The position numbers were made by a program, and so were the translations under genes. 64,000 nt of DNA from Azolla caroliniana (lineage: Eukaryota; Plantae; Polypodiophyta): NCBI GenBank assembly GCA_043228905.1, contig JBHGNT010000004.1:1984001-2048000 (forward strand). The letters run 5' to 3'. Within the stretch, counting starts at the first letter, position 1; every line of letters starts with the position of its first letter. The notes beneath the pieces were generated by a model. The model saw nothing but the letters and a program-made list of their open reading frames with translations, was not told where the DNA came from and did not search any database. Of the stretch, positions 1-11,172 are shown piece by piece.

Positions 1-284
1 TAGAGCTGGGGGAGCATGTGACCCCTGTCCAATTACAAGGATTCGATGCGGAACTATTCCAATATATTATATTTGAAGCTGAACCCCCAACAGCGTTTTT
101 AATGCTCAGGAGTGCTTGAACTGTAATTGATGTATTTTTAAGATTGATTGGCACATTTGTTAATAAACAAATTTGGTATTTAAAAACTTGTATTACCTTC
201 ACTGTTTTGAGCTCTGACATGGAATTGGGGAAGAAGAAGAAGAAGAAGGAATGAGAAACACACAGAAATTGGTATGATCTTCAT
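1..284 (-). CDS. LRR receptor-like kinase paralog, 5' end only (exon 1 197-284, exon 2 <1-120); continues off the left edge
   Basis: Signal peptide MKIIPISVCFSFLLLLLLPQFHVRAQNSE, then a GT..AG intron, then an LRRNT cap VQALLSIKNAVGGSASNIIYWNSSASNPCNWTGVTC. Near-identical to 30708-31017. Intactness downstream cannot be judged. Confidence 0.8.
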
Positions 285-1532
285 CAAGTGGTGATGGCAT
301 TCAACAAGAGGCAGGGGTTTTGGGTGCAGGGTTAGACTTGGAGCATCACTTAAACATCATTTGGACATATATTTCCAAAGACAGATCTATCTAATAAATA
401 ATAGTCCAGAGCACTTTACTTTTTCATGTTATAAAAGGTATGTCCAATCATGGAGATAGAATCAGGTTCATACATGTTTTTTTGCAAAATGTTTTGTAGT
501 TCCTGTAATTATGCTATGTTAAAACTGGTTCATGTTGCCTTTTATATGGGTTAAATGCACAAAGTAAGGTTACATTTGCCTAATCCAAGTACAATTATAT
601 TATCTTTTGCAAGTCCTGCTCATAATTCTCTTAGGATTACAAACATCATGTACCTCTAGATTGTCCACTTCGGTAAATTATACCATTACGTTAATCGAGA
701 TTGCAACCTTGAGCACAAGATGATCGTAAGGAAGCATCAAATTCGATGTGTGTGAACTATGCCATGTTATTTTTTCAAATGTGAGTTTTTTTGGGGGGGG
801 GGGGGGATGTTTTGAACATTTGATAAGTAGTGTGGATAGGTGTAACCTGCATTGAAAATATGTCAAACATTAGATTCTTGTGTGTTTTATGACATATTGC
901 TGAGCTCCTAATAGGTGAACCATTAGTGTCTTGTGTGTTTTATGACATATTGCTAAGGTGTTAATAGGTGAGCCATTAGTGTCTTGTGTGTTTATGACAT
1001 ATTCTTGTGTGTTAATAGTCGGAAGTCTATGGTCTCAGGGTAAGACCTGGAAATAAGGAAACTTATCTTCATTCTAACTACGGAGAAGGCATTGGAAATG
1101 TTTAATGTAGATTTAACTTCTCAAAACTCACTCATTAAGTAAATCTTTCACTATGATCCAAATCCCTAATTACTTGAATTGTTCATATGTGCCACATAAT
1201 TGAAAATATACTACTCCGTTAAACTCCAATCATAATTTTAAAAATGAAACGACTTAGTCCATCAAACTTGTTAGTATGTCAACAACAATGGACTTGATGA
1301 AATAGCTTTTGTAGTCACATCAGGTTTGTTCTTATATACCTATGAGAGTAGAAGAGGCTTTATCATAAAGTCGACACTCTGTTTTGTTTTCCATATGGTG
1401 GTGATATTATATAAAGGAAAGCATCACTCCACTAATGTAGACCAACCATGTCTATGTATGGAGTGTATCGTAGCACTTGACTTTTGCAACATCGAGACAA
1501 AATAAAATGTCATATACATAGTAGAATAGTGA
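1..1532. repeat. Segmental duplication of the RLK 5' end and upstream region (matches 30708-32150; homology resumes at 13553-13740, matching 32141-32320)
   Basis: Long near-identical stretches with small indels, e.g. tagagctgggggagcatgtgacccctgtccaattacaagg at 1 and at 30708. Confidence 0.9.
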
Positions 1533-1818
1533 TAGAATTTATTTATTTATTCAAAACAAATCATCCTTCCATTAGTTATAAAGAAAGGTCATAACGGTTA
1601 CATCATACAAAGTATTTTTCCCCCAGCCCGCCTTGTGTAGACAACAGTTGAGGAAACAAATCTATGTACTCCAACATAGAGAAAACAGTCCAACAATTAC
1701 AATCTATTCCCTAGACACATTGCAAGGTATCCATATTCATAGGCAACAACAAAAGTAGCTCTATTCGGAAACAAACCGTCTCAGGTCAGAGTTATGAGCC
1801 ATTCAATACTTCTTCTGA

Positions 1819-4800
1819 TTGCGTTCACAAGTGGAAGGATTGCGCACAAGTGGAAGGATAAGGAATATTCCGTTTGATTTTGGGTTTTTTTTTGCCATTT
1901 CACAAAACATCTTGATACTAGTATCACATGTTCTCCAAAACTTGATGAAAAAGTTGAAAATTTCACCATTTGGTAAAATTGAAAAATGCCAAATTTGGGT
2001 AAAATATGAAAAGTAACTTTGTGGATTTTTAAAGAAAAATGACAACTAATAAGTTTTTAGATCTTAAAGAAATCAAAGTAGAATATTTTAAAACAATGAA
2101 CGTTTTTATTCCATTCGATAAAATGTTGTCTAAATTTGTTACATATAGTTGCACAACAAATACATTTGGGAGTTATTTGCATGACTATCATCATTCTTTT
2201 CATGAGAATCACTACTATAGATAATATACAATTGTGACTCTTCCTCATCTTCCAATGTACCAATCAAATCATTGTCTTCACCAAATGGTATCTCCAAATT
2301 TTGTGCAATAAATCTTCTTCGCCTTCAATCTGAGATATCTTCTAGACTTGCTAATATCTCTTTTATTATGCATATCGTTGTTGTCCTTATACATCCAACT
2401 TTTGTTTGTGTAAAGTCATACATAATGATATCCACCTCATTAATGTCAATGATAGATGTATTACAAACGTTTAATACATCATCACGTCCAAAACTTTACC
2501 AATGCAGAATTGGTACCTTAGGTCATGGCCATCTACATGTGTAGCTATTAATATCCCCAGCTTGAGTTCTTGCAAGTTTCCTTGTCATCTGAGTTATGCT
2601 TGTGTTGTCATCCTTTGTTCCAACTATAAAGATTAACATTAAGTAGTGATTAAGAACCACGCGAACACTTTATGGACCATGTAAATGGCATTTGCAAGGT
2701 TCAATTACCATCAACACAATTATTAATAGTTTTTTGTTAATCAATGATACACGTGTTCACCATAAAGTATCTTGTTGTACAACATACTTGTTTGCACTAT
2801 CGATATGCATCTTTTTCTCTTGTTAAAACAAACATTTTAGTACGATTCAAGTTCATGTTTAAAAAACCTCTTTTATTTGAAAAACAACAAGATTTTAAAC
2901 ATTAAGTCGATATGTTGTATCGAGTTGATGTAAAAAATAGAGTTTTCATCATAATTCCATACAATGTATTGAATTCTTGCTCAAAGTTTTTTTTACTGGA
3001 TTTAAAAAATAATAAAAATAATAAATTGTGCTTGAGTTCATCTAGAAAACCATAATTTTCATCACAATTCGATATAATGTATTGAGTTCATGCTTAAAGT
3101 AATTTTTTCTAATTGTTTTCAATTTTTTTTCAATTTTTTATAATTTTTTATTGATTTTGTTTTATTTTTTAAACATCAATTTGATACATTGTATCGACTT
3201 GTGATAAAAGCTCTGGTTTTTTCATCACTTATTAAAGCTCAATTTTGTTTTAGAAAAAAAAAACAAAATACCAAAATAAAATAGAAAAAAAATGTAATTA
3301 TTTTTTAAAAAAAATCCAAAATTAAACTTTTCATGTCATGATATGGTAGGACTCAAACCCATGACCTTATGCTACATGGGTTGAGCTCTTGACCATTAGA
3401 CCATACATTGTAATACATAAAATGTTATTTTTATCACTTATTAAAGCTCAACTTTTTTAGAAAAAAAACAAAACACCAAAATAAAATAGGAAAAAATGTA
3501 ATTATTTTTTAACAAAAATCCGAAATAAAACTTTAAACATGAACTCGATACGGTGTATCGAGTTCATGTAAAAAAGTTCACTCAATTCAAGTCATGATAT
3601 GGTAGGACTCAAACCCATGACCTTATGCTACACAAGTCGACCTCTTGACCATTAGACCATACATTGTAATACATAAAATGTTATTTTCATCACTTATTAA
3701 AGCTTAATCTTTTTTTAGAAAAAAAAACAAAACACCAAAATAAAATAGGAAAATGGTAATTATTTAAAAAATTAAAATCCAAAATAAAACTTTAAACAAG
3801 TTCATGTAAAAAAGTTAGCTTTTCAACATGAACTCGATACGCCGTATTGAGTTCTGTATCGAGTTCATGTAAAAAAGCTAACTTTGTTCATGTCATGATA
3901 TGGTAGGACTCAAACTCATGACCTTATGCTACATGGGTCGAGCTCTTGACCATTAGACCATACATTGTAATACATAAAATATTATTTTCATCACTTATTA
4001 AAGCTCAATCGTTTTTAGAAAAAAAAAACAAAATACCAAAATAAAATAGGAAAAAATGCAATTATTTAAAAAAATAATCCGAAATAAAACTTTAAACATG
4101 AACTCGATATGGTGTATCGAGTTCATGTTGAAAAGGCGTATCGAGTTCATGTAAAAAAGTTAGCTTTTCAACATCAACTCGATACGCCGTATCGAGTTCA
4201 TGTAAAAGAGGTAGATTAACTCATGTCATGATATGGTAGGACTCAAACCCATGACCTTATGCTACATGGGTCAAGCTCTTAACCATTAGACCATACATTA
4301 TAATATATAGAACATTATTTTCATTTTTACTATATTGAGTGTTCCTTGTATATTCTTGTCACACAGAATATTGCAGTCATCATCATTCCCTCTCAGTCCC
4401 TCTCTCTCTCTCTCACTCTCTCTCTCTCTTCTTTTCTCAAGTGTTCTACACCTTAAATTCTTCTTAGTACTAATATTTCTCTCTTAGTACTAATTTCGTC
4501 TCTATCTTAGAATTTTGTTTTTGAGCTTTAATAAGTGATGAAAAAACCAAAGTTTTTATCAGAAGTTGATACAATGTATCGAGTTCATGTTTAAAATTAT
4601 TATTTTTTCCATAAAAAATAAAAATAAATAAAAGAAATTGAAAAAAACAAAAAGAAAATTGAAAAAAAATAAAAAATTTTGAAACAAATTGAAAATGTTT
4701 TTTTAAAAATTAGAAAAATTTACTTTAAACATGAACTCGATACATTGTATTGAATTGTGATGAAAAATCTGGTTTTTCTATGAATTCAAGCTTAATTTAT

Positions 4801-5686
4801 TATTATTATTATTATTTAAATCTGGTAAAAAAACTTTGAACATGAATTCAATATATTGTATAGAGTTATGATGAAAACTGTATTGTTTACGTCAACTCAA
4901 TACAACATATCATGTTCATGTTTAAAACTCTTGTTGTTCTTAAAATAAAAGAGGTTTTTTAAAGATGTATGTTGCACAACAAGATACCTTATGGTAAATA
5001 TGTGCTTCATTTATTAGAAGAAAACCATTAATAATTGTGTTGATGGTAATTGAACTTTGCAAATGCCATTTACTTCACAAATTTTGAAGGGGAATTCTTA
5101 TAAGGAAGGAGATTATAACATTGTAGATACCTTGATAACTATGTGTTATGTTCAAATCGATATATTAATGTTCACATCTAAAGTTTGACAATTTATGAAT
5201 ATCGTCTAAATTTTAGGAGTTGTGGATTTATCAAAATTGTTTATGAATATTGTCTACATTTCTTGGGTTGTGAATTTATGGATGTTAATGGGCACTAATT
5301 TATAGATGATGACATTAAGCATTGCAATATTACCTTTTATACTTAAAATATTTTCAAGTCTAACAATAGATGTAACGTTAATCTTCTCAAGATGGTGAAA
5401 CCATTAATCTTAACTTGTGCCTTGAGTTGACCATAATTGTGATTTTCTTTAAGTTAACTACATTTCATATCTACAAACGATCAAAATTTAAACATTTATC
5501 CCTAAACTATTCAATTTTTTAAATTATCATTTTGAAATTTGTTAAATCTCAAAAAATTAGCAAAATTTACATGCTATTTAAAACATGTGATACTAGTGTA
5601 TCAAGTTTTTGGAAATTGTCTAAAATCGCAAGATTATAAAAGGAATCTATAAGTGGAATGCGCAATCCTTCCACTTGTGAATGCAA
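1819..5686. mobile_element. Non-autonomous foldback / long-TIR DNA element (about 3.9 kb degenerate palindrome)
   Basis: Terminal IR ttgcgttcacaagtggaaggattgcgca (1819) / tgcgcaatccttccacttgtgaatgcaa (ends 5686). Inner arms about 2681-3245 and 4518-5073 are clear reverse complements (gtaaatggcatttgcaa / ttgcaaatgccatttac). No TSD found; superfamily unassigned. Confidence 0.7.
3225..4325 (-). repeat. Four tandem units (about 250-330 bp), each carrying a tRNA-like (Pol III A-box/B-box) motif
   Basis: gtcatgatatggtaggactcaaacccatgaccttatgctac...gaccattagacca at about 3335, 3591, 3892 and 4225. The minus strand reads TGGTCTAATGG...GGTCATGGGTTTGAGTCC. Confidence 0.75.
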
Positions 5687-6447
5687 AGGTGAACCTATAC
5701 ATCTTGGATTTGAAGGTGATCAACTACGTTGTTTGGTTTTTCAAGAGAACCACTTTCCACATTCGTGGCTGTAAGGTCGACAACTATGCTTCCTCTTTCC
5801 CCATCAACCATCTTGCCGGTATTACTATCAAATTCCTGTACATACAACAACAAATTAAGTCAAGTTTCCTCCTCTCCTCATGAGCTTATTCTTCGGCCCC
5901 CAAACCATCATCACTCGTCCTTATCGAAAAACATAAAAACTGCTTCTGAGTCATTAAGTTTTCATCAACCATCTCGCCGAATACCACCAAATTCCTGCAC
6001 ATAAACAATAAAAAGTGTCTAAATTCCTCATCTCCTCATGGGAATATGCTTCGACCTCCACACCATCATCACTCATCCTTATCCAAAACATAAATTGTAC
6101 GTCATTAAGTCCACATCATCCATCTTGCCGAATACCACCAAAATACTGCACATACAATAATACATGAGTCTTTTTTCCTCATCCCCTCATGAGAGTATGC
6201 ATAGCCCCCCACACTGTCATCAATAATCCGTATCGAAAAACATGCATTTTGCTTCATCAACTTCTCGCTGATTACTGCCAAAACCTGTACATACAAACAA
6301 CTAAATGGGTCTAGTCTTCTGAATAGATTATGCTTCAACCCCCACACCACCATCACTCATCCTTATCAAAAACATGCATTTTGCTTCCTCAAGTCCACAT
6401 CAAACTTCTTTCCGATTACCGCCACAATCTTATACATACAAACAACT

Positions 6448-7056
6448 TGTTGGGATTTCGGTCCCTTTCGGATGGGATGGTCGGATATCGGAGATGAATG
6501 CCGACAAGCCCGGTTTCGGTTTCGGATCCGGATGACGAAGACCCCGGCTTCGGTGCCGGATGACGAATGTACCCGGAGAGCGATCCGGATGCAGGGACAT
6601 ATCCGTGAATATGTTCGCTACGAGCCCCCTGAGGCTATAGTTGTAAATAGCCCAAAGTCATATAAGTATAAATATGACTTAGGGCAAACAGTTTTTCTGT
6701 TGCTTCTCATTTTTCTGTTTTTCCACTTTAGAGGAGTGAAGAGAGAGCAGCCGTGAGAGAGAGAAAGAGAGAGAGCGCGAGAGAGAGAAAGAGGTAGACG
6801 CCTCTGTGTATTTCCGCCGCCTGTGGCGAGGACAGCGAGCTCAAGGTCGTCGCCTTGGAGCTCGCCATTGTATATTTCTCTGTGCATAGTTTGGTTCGGA
6901 GTCTCGCACTCCCGTGGTTTTTCCCGTATAGGGTTTTCCACGTTAATCCCTGTGTATCGCGTCTTTCTCTGTATTTCCTATTTTCTGCTACATTGATCCG
7001 CGATTAATCGGTTGTGGCCGAGTTGAGAAGGTGAATCCAAGCGTTGATTCCCAACA
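6448..7056 (+). repeat. 5' LTR of copia element
   Basis: TG...CA with 8-bp terminal IR. No differences seen versus the 3' LTR; the ORF-track peptides in both LTRs are identical. Confidence 0.97.
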
Positions 7057-7059
7057 AAC

Positions 7060-7071
7060 TGGTATCAGAGC
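7060..7071 (+). promoter_or_regulatory. Primer binding site (tRNA-iMet)
   Basis: TGGTATCAGAGC 3 nt after the 5' LTR. Confidence 0.95.
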
Positions 7072-7085
7072 GACTGTTGCAGAAA

Positions 7086-10000
7086 ATGGAAGGCGGCGGC
7101 AGCGGGCAGCCGATGATGATGGTGCTGAATGCACAGAATTACGCCGACTGGAAGATCAAGATGGAGGATCTTCTGATTGTTCGGGACCTGTACGAACCGA
7201 TTGACAGGTCGGAAATACCGAAAGGGGTACTTGAGTCGGAGTGGAAGCTCCTGAACCGGAAAGCCGTAGCGACGATCCGACAATACGTCGATGTAAGCGT
7301 CCTACAACATGTGGCGAACGACACCAACGCATACGAGATGTGGAAGAAGCTGTCGGGCCTCTATGAGAGGAAGAATGCGTTGAACCGGACCTCCCTGATG
7401 AGGAAGATAGTGAATCTCAAGTACCGGGACGGCGAGAGCATGGTGGAACACGTAAGCACGTTCATGGGATTCGTGAATCAGCTTGCGGCGATCAAGTTCC
7501 CGTTGGAGGATGCAATGCAAGCCATCATCCTGATGTGTACATTGCCGGAAAGCTGGGAGAACTTGGTGGTGACTCTCAGCACCTCGTGCACCGAAGATAA
7601 CTTGTCCTTACAAACGGTAAAGACAAGTATTCTGAATGAAGAAGCGCGTCGGAGAGATAAGGAACCGGCCTCCGACCCGAAGATGCTGTTTACCGAATCG
7701 GATCGGGGAAGACAGTGGAACCGGAGTCCGCAAAGACGGGAGAAGTCGGGGACCCGGTCGCAGTCAAGAGGAAGGCCAACATGCTTCCACTGTGGGAAGC
7801 CGGGGCACTTCCGGAAGAACTGTCGGCATTACCGAAAAGACAACGGAGCCGACGACACCGACTCGAAGAAGTCACCGGAGAGAAACGGTGCATACCGGGG
7901 AGCCACGGACCGGAGAGGTTCGGATCGGCGAGGGCAAGACCGGAAAGGAACAACGGCACTCGCGGCAAGTGAGGAAGAAATCATGCTCATCACCGAAGAA
8001 GGTGAGCTAAACGTTGCCGGCGATGAGACGACCTGGGTGGTCGATTCCGGAGCATCGTTCCACCTGACCCCGGAGAGAAGATACTTCTCATCCTACACAG
8101 CCGGCGAGCATGGCTGTGTTCGGATGGGAAATGAAGGTACGTGCCGGATTGCCGGCATAGGAGACGTGTGGTTGACAACCCCGACCGGATGCAAAATGCT
8201 GCTGAAAGATGTCCGACACGTTCCGGAGGTCCGATTGAACCTGATTTCGGCCGGGAGGCTAGATGATGAAGGCTACACGGGTAGCATCCGGAACGGTGTC
8301 ATGAAGTTCAGCAAGGGGAGCTTGATAGTGGTTCGGGCCCGGAAGGTCAACACACTGTACCTGATGAATGCCCGGTTATGTCCGGAAGAGCTGAATGTGG
8401 CAGCCGACACTGCCGGTGAGCTGTGGCACAAAAGACTGTGCCACATGAGTGAGAAGGGGATGAAGAGGCTTGCAGAAGACAACCTCATCCCAGTGAAGCA
8501 CGTGCACCTGGAGAAGTGCACCGATTGCCTGGCCGGTAAGCAGAACCGAACCTCCTTCCACTCAAGGCCACCGACGAGACGTAGCGCACCATTGGAGTTG
8601 GTGCACACTGATGTGTGTCAGGTAGAAACGAAGTCACATGGCGGAGCCCAGTACTTCGTGACATTCATTGATGATCACAGCCGGAAGCTGTGGACGGCAC
8701 CGTTGAAGACAAAGGACCAAGTGTTGTCCGTCTTCAAAGAACTCCACGCGAGAGTGGAAAGGGAATCCGGCAAGAAGCTGAAAGCGATACGAGCGGATAA
8801 CGGAGGGGAATACCGGGGGCAGTTCCAGGAGTACTGTCGCTCGAAGGGAATCCGACTCGAGTTTACTGTGCCGAAGACGCCGGAACTGAACGGGCTGGCC
8901 GAGAGGATGAACCGGACCATAATGGAGCGGGTCCGGAGTATGCTGGCGCATGCGAAATTACCCAACGGGTTTTGGGCTGAGGCAATGTCGACGGCGACAT
9001 ACGTGATAAACCGATCACCCTCAGTACCTTTGGACGGAGACACGCCGCAGAGAGTGTGGACCGGTAAGGAAGTGTCCTACCGGCATCTGAAGGTGTTCGG
9101 GTGTCTCGCATACGTGCATGTGGCAAAGGACCGGAGAGGAAAGCTAGATCCGAAGACCCGGCCATGCATATTCCTCGGTTACGGCGACGACGAGTTCGGC
9201 TACCGAGTATGGGACCCGGTCGACAAGAAGATATTCCGGAGTCGTGATATCATCTTCATGGAGGACAAGACACTCGCCGACTGGGAGTCGGAGAAGAAGA
9301 TGAAGAGCTCCAAGTCGATCGGTGAGGATCAACTCTACGAGGAGCAGTCCCGACCGGCAAGGGACCGGTTAGCACTCGAGGATCCGGCCGAAGACAGTGA
9401 AGAAACAGAACCGGCCGAAGAAGATGAAAATGATACCGGAACCGGCCCCGATCCCGAAATGGATTCGGATGAAGAAGAAGAATCGGAAGAACCGGTTACC
9501 GAAGCTCCGGAACGGAGATACCCTCTAAGAGAGAGAAGGGCCCCCCGGAGATTTCCGGAACCAGAGCACGTGTTGCTAACCGACGAGGGGGAGCCGGAGA
9601 GCTTTGAAGAAGCGAAGAATGACACCCAGAGCCGCAGGTGGTTGAGTGCCATGCAGGACGAGATGGATTCCCTGCATGAGAACCACACATATGAACTTGT
9701 GGAGTTGCCGAAGGGAAAGCGGGCACTTCGAAACAAGTGGGTGTTCAAGCTGAAACCGGGAGATGCCGGAAACCCCCCGAGATACAAAGCCAGGATCGTG
9801 GTGAAGGGGTTTCAGCAAAAGAAGGGCGTCGACTTCGACGAGATATTTGCCCCGGTAGTGAAGATGACCTCCATCCGGACGGTGCTGAGCATAGCGGCAA
9901 GCATGGACCTCGAGGTAGAACAGATGGACGTGAAGACAGCATTCCTTCACGGTGACCTCGAAGAAGAAATCTACATGCAGCAACCGGAAGGATTCGAGAA

Positions 10001-11162
10001 GAAAGGGAAGGAGCACCTGGTATGCCGGTTGAAGAAGAGCCTTTACGGACTGAAGCAGGCTCCCCGGCAATGGTACCGGAAGTTCGACTCCTTCATGACC
10101 GACGAAGGGTACCTCAAAACGCAGTCCGACCACTGCGTGTTTGTGAAGAAGTTTGAAGGAGGAGACTTCCTAATACTCCTCCTGTACGTGGACGACATGT
10201 TGATCGTCGGACGGGACCAGGTCAAGATACGGATGCTGAAGAAGGCTCTTCACCGAACCTTCTCAATGAAGGACCTGGGTCCGGCGAGGCAAATACTAGG
10301 GATGCACATCATCCGGGACCGGAAGAAGAAGCAGTTGTGGCTGTCACAGGAGAAGTACGTGACAAAGGTGCTTCAACGGTTCAACATGTCGGAAGCAAGA
10401 CCGGTCGGATCGACCCTCCCGGCAAACTGCAATCTGTCCAGCAAGCAAAGTCCCAAGACAAAGGCTGAAAAGGAGGATATGATGAAAGTGCCGTATGCCT
10501 CAGCCGTCGGGAGCTTGATGTACGCCATGGTGTGTACGAGACCGGACATCGGATATGCAGTCGGAGTGGTGAGCCGGTACATGAGCAATCCCGGCAAAGA
10601 GCATTGGAACGCAGCCAAGTGGATACTCCGATACCTGAAGGGCACGGCAAACGTGTGCCTCCGATTCGGCTCCGGTAAGCCCGAACTCGAAGGCTTTACT
10701 GATTCTGATATGTCGGCTGATGCAGATACCAGCCGGTCCACATCAGGGTATGTGATGACGTATGCAGGGGGAGCTGTTTCGTGGCAGTCGAGGCTGCAGA
10801 AGACGGTTGCGTTGTCAACCACGGAGGCGGAGTACATGGCGGCTGTTGAAGCCGGCAAGGAAATAATATGGATGAAGGACTTCATTAGAGAGCTCGGTAT
10901 CCGGCAAGAGGAGTACCGACTCTACTGCGACAGTCAGAGTGCCATCCACCTTGCGAAGAACGCAGCCTATCACTCCCGGACGAAGCACATCCAGCGAAGA
11001 TATCACTGGATCCGGGAAAGGATAGAAGACAAGGAGTTCGTGCTGACGAAGATCCACACCGACGAGAACGGGTCGGATATGCTGACCAAGGTGCTCACAC
11101 CCGACAAGCTGGAAGCATGCCGGAAGAGGATCGGATTGGAAAGACATCCCATGCCGAAGTGA
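7086..11162 (+). CDS. Copia Gag-Pol polyprotein (1358 aa): Gag, CCHC knuckle, protease, integrase, RT, RNase H
   Basis: CFHCGKPGHFRKNC; VVDSGASFH; LWHKRLCHMS; VHTDVC/ADNGGEY/NGLAERMNRT; YVDDML; FTDSD/EAEY/CDSQSA. INT-before-RT order. First true ATG is at 7086 (the ORF track starts at a TTG inside the LTR). Confidence 0.97.
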   Translation: MEGGGSGQPMMMVLNAQNYADWKIKMEDLLIVRDLYEPIDRSEIPKGVLESEWKLLNRKAVATIRQYVDVSVLQHVANDTNAYEMWKKLSGLYERKNALNRTSLMRKIVNLKYRDGESMVEHVSTFMGFVNQLAAIKFPLEDAMQAIILMCTLPESWENLVVTLSTSCTEDNLSLQTVKTSILNEEARRRDKEPASDPKMLFTESDRGRQWNRSPQRREKSGTRSQSRGRPTCFHCGKPGHFRKNCRHYRKDNGADDTDSKKSPERNGAYRGATDRRGSDRRGQDRKGTTALAASEEEIMLITEEGELNVAGDETTWVVDSGASFHLTPERRYFSSYTAGEHGCVRMGNEGTCRIAGIGDVWLTTPTGCKMLLKDVRHVPEVRLNLISAGRLDDEGYTGSIRNGVMKFSKGSLIVVRARKVNTLYLMNARLCPEELNVAADTAGELWHKRLCHMSEKGMKRLAEDNLIPVKHVHLEKCTDCLAGKQNRTSFHSRPPTRRSAPLELVHTDVCQVETKSHGGAQYFVTFIDDHSRKLWTAPLKTKDQVLSVFKELHARVERESGKKLKAIRADNGGEYRGQFQEYCRSKGIRLEFTVPKTPELNGLAERMNRTIMERVRSMLAHAKLPNGFWAEAMSTATYVINRSPSVPLDGDTPQRVWTGKEVSYRHLKVFGCLAYVHVAKDRRGKLDPKTRPCIFLGYGDDEFGYRVWDPVDKKIFRSRDIIFMEDKTLADWESEKKMKSSKSIGEDQLYEEQSRPARDRLALEDPAEDSEETEPAEEDENDTGTGPDPEMDSDEEEESEEPVTEAPERRYPLRERRAPRRFPEPEHVLLTDEGEPESFEEAKNDTQSRRWLSAMQDEMDSLHENHTYELVELPKGKRALRNKWVFKLKPGDAGNPPRYKARIVVKGFQQKKGVDFDEIFAPVVKMTSIRTVLSIAASMDLEVEQMDVKTAFLHGDLEEEIYMQQPEGFEKKGKEHLVCRLKKSLYGLKQAPRQWYRKFDSFMTDEGYLKTQSDHCVFVKKFEGGDFLILLLYVDDMLIVGRDQVKIRMLKKALHRTFSMKDLGPARQILGMHIIRDRKKKQLWLSQEKYVTKVLQRFNMSEARPVGSTLPANCNLSSKQSPKTKAEKEDMMKVPYASAVGSLMYAMVCTRPDIGYAVGVVSRYMSNPGKEHWNAAKWILRYLKGTANVCLRFGSGKPELEGFTDSDMSADADTSRSTSGYVMTYAGGAVSWQSRLQKTVALSTTEAEYMAAVEAGKEIIWMKDFIRELGIRQEEYRLYCDSQSAIHLAKNAAYHSRTKHIQRRYHWIRERIEDKEFVLTKIHTDENGSDMLTKVLTPDKLEACRKRIGLERHPMPK

Positions 11163-11170
11163 AGGGGGAG
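11158..11170 (+). promoter_or_regulatory. Polypurine tract
   Basis: AGTGAAGGGGGAG immediately before the 3' LTR, overlapping the gag-pol stop codon. Confidence 0.9.
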
Positions 11171-11172
11171 TT

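Noticed and set aside
3335-4294. Possible tRNA gene cluster or CRISPR-like array
   Set aside because: A/B boxes are present but no convincing cloverleaf. The spacers are homologous to each other, there are no cas genes, and the context is eukaryotic.
6472-6941. 94-aa and 107-aa ORFs repeated at 11197-11666
   Set aside because: They lie within the LTRs and are duplicated only because the LTRs are
7044-7085. ORF-track N-terminus MIPNKLVSERLLQK of gag-pol
   Set aside because: Starts at a TTG inside the LTR/PBS; the first ATG is at 7086
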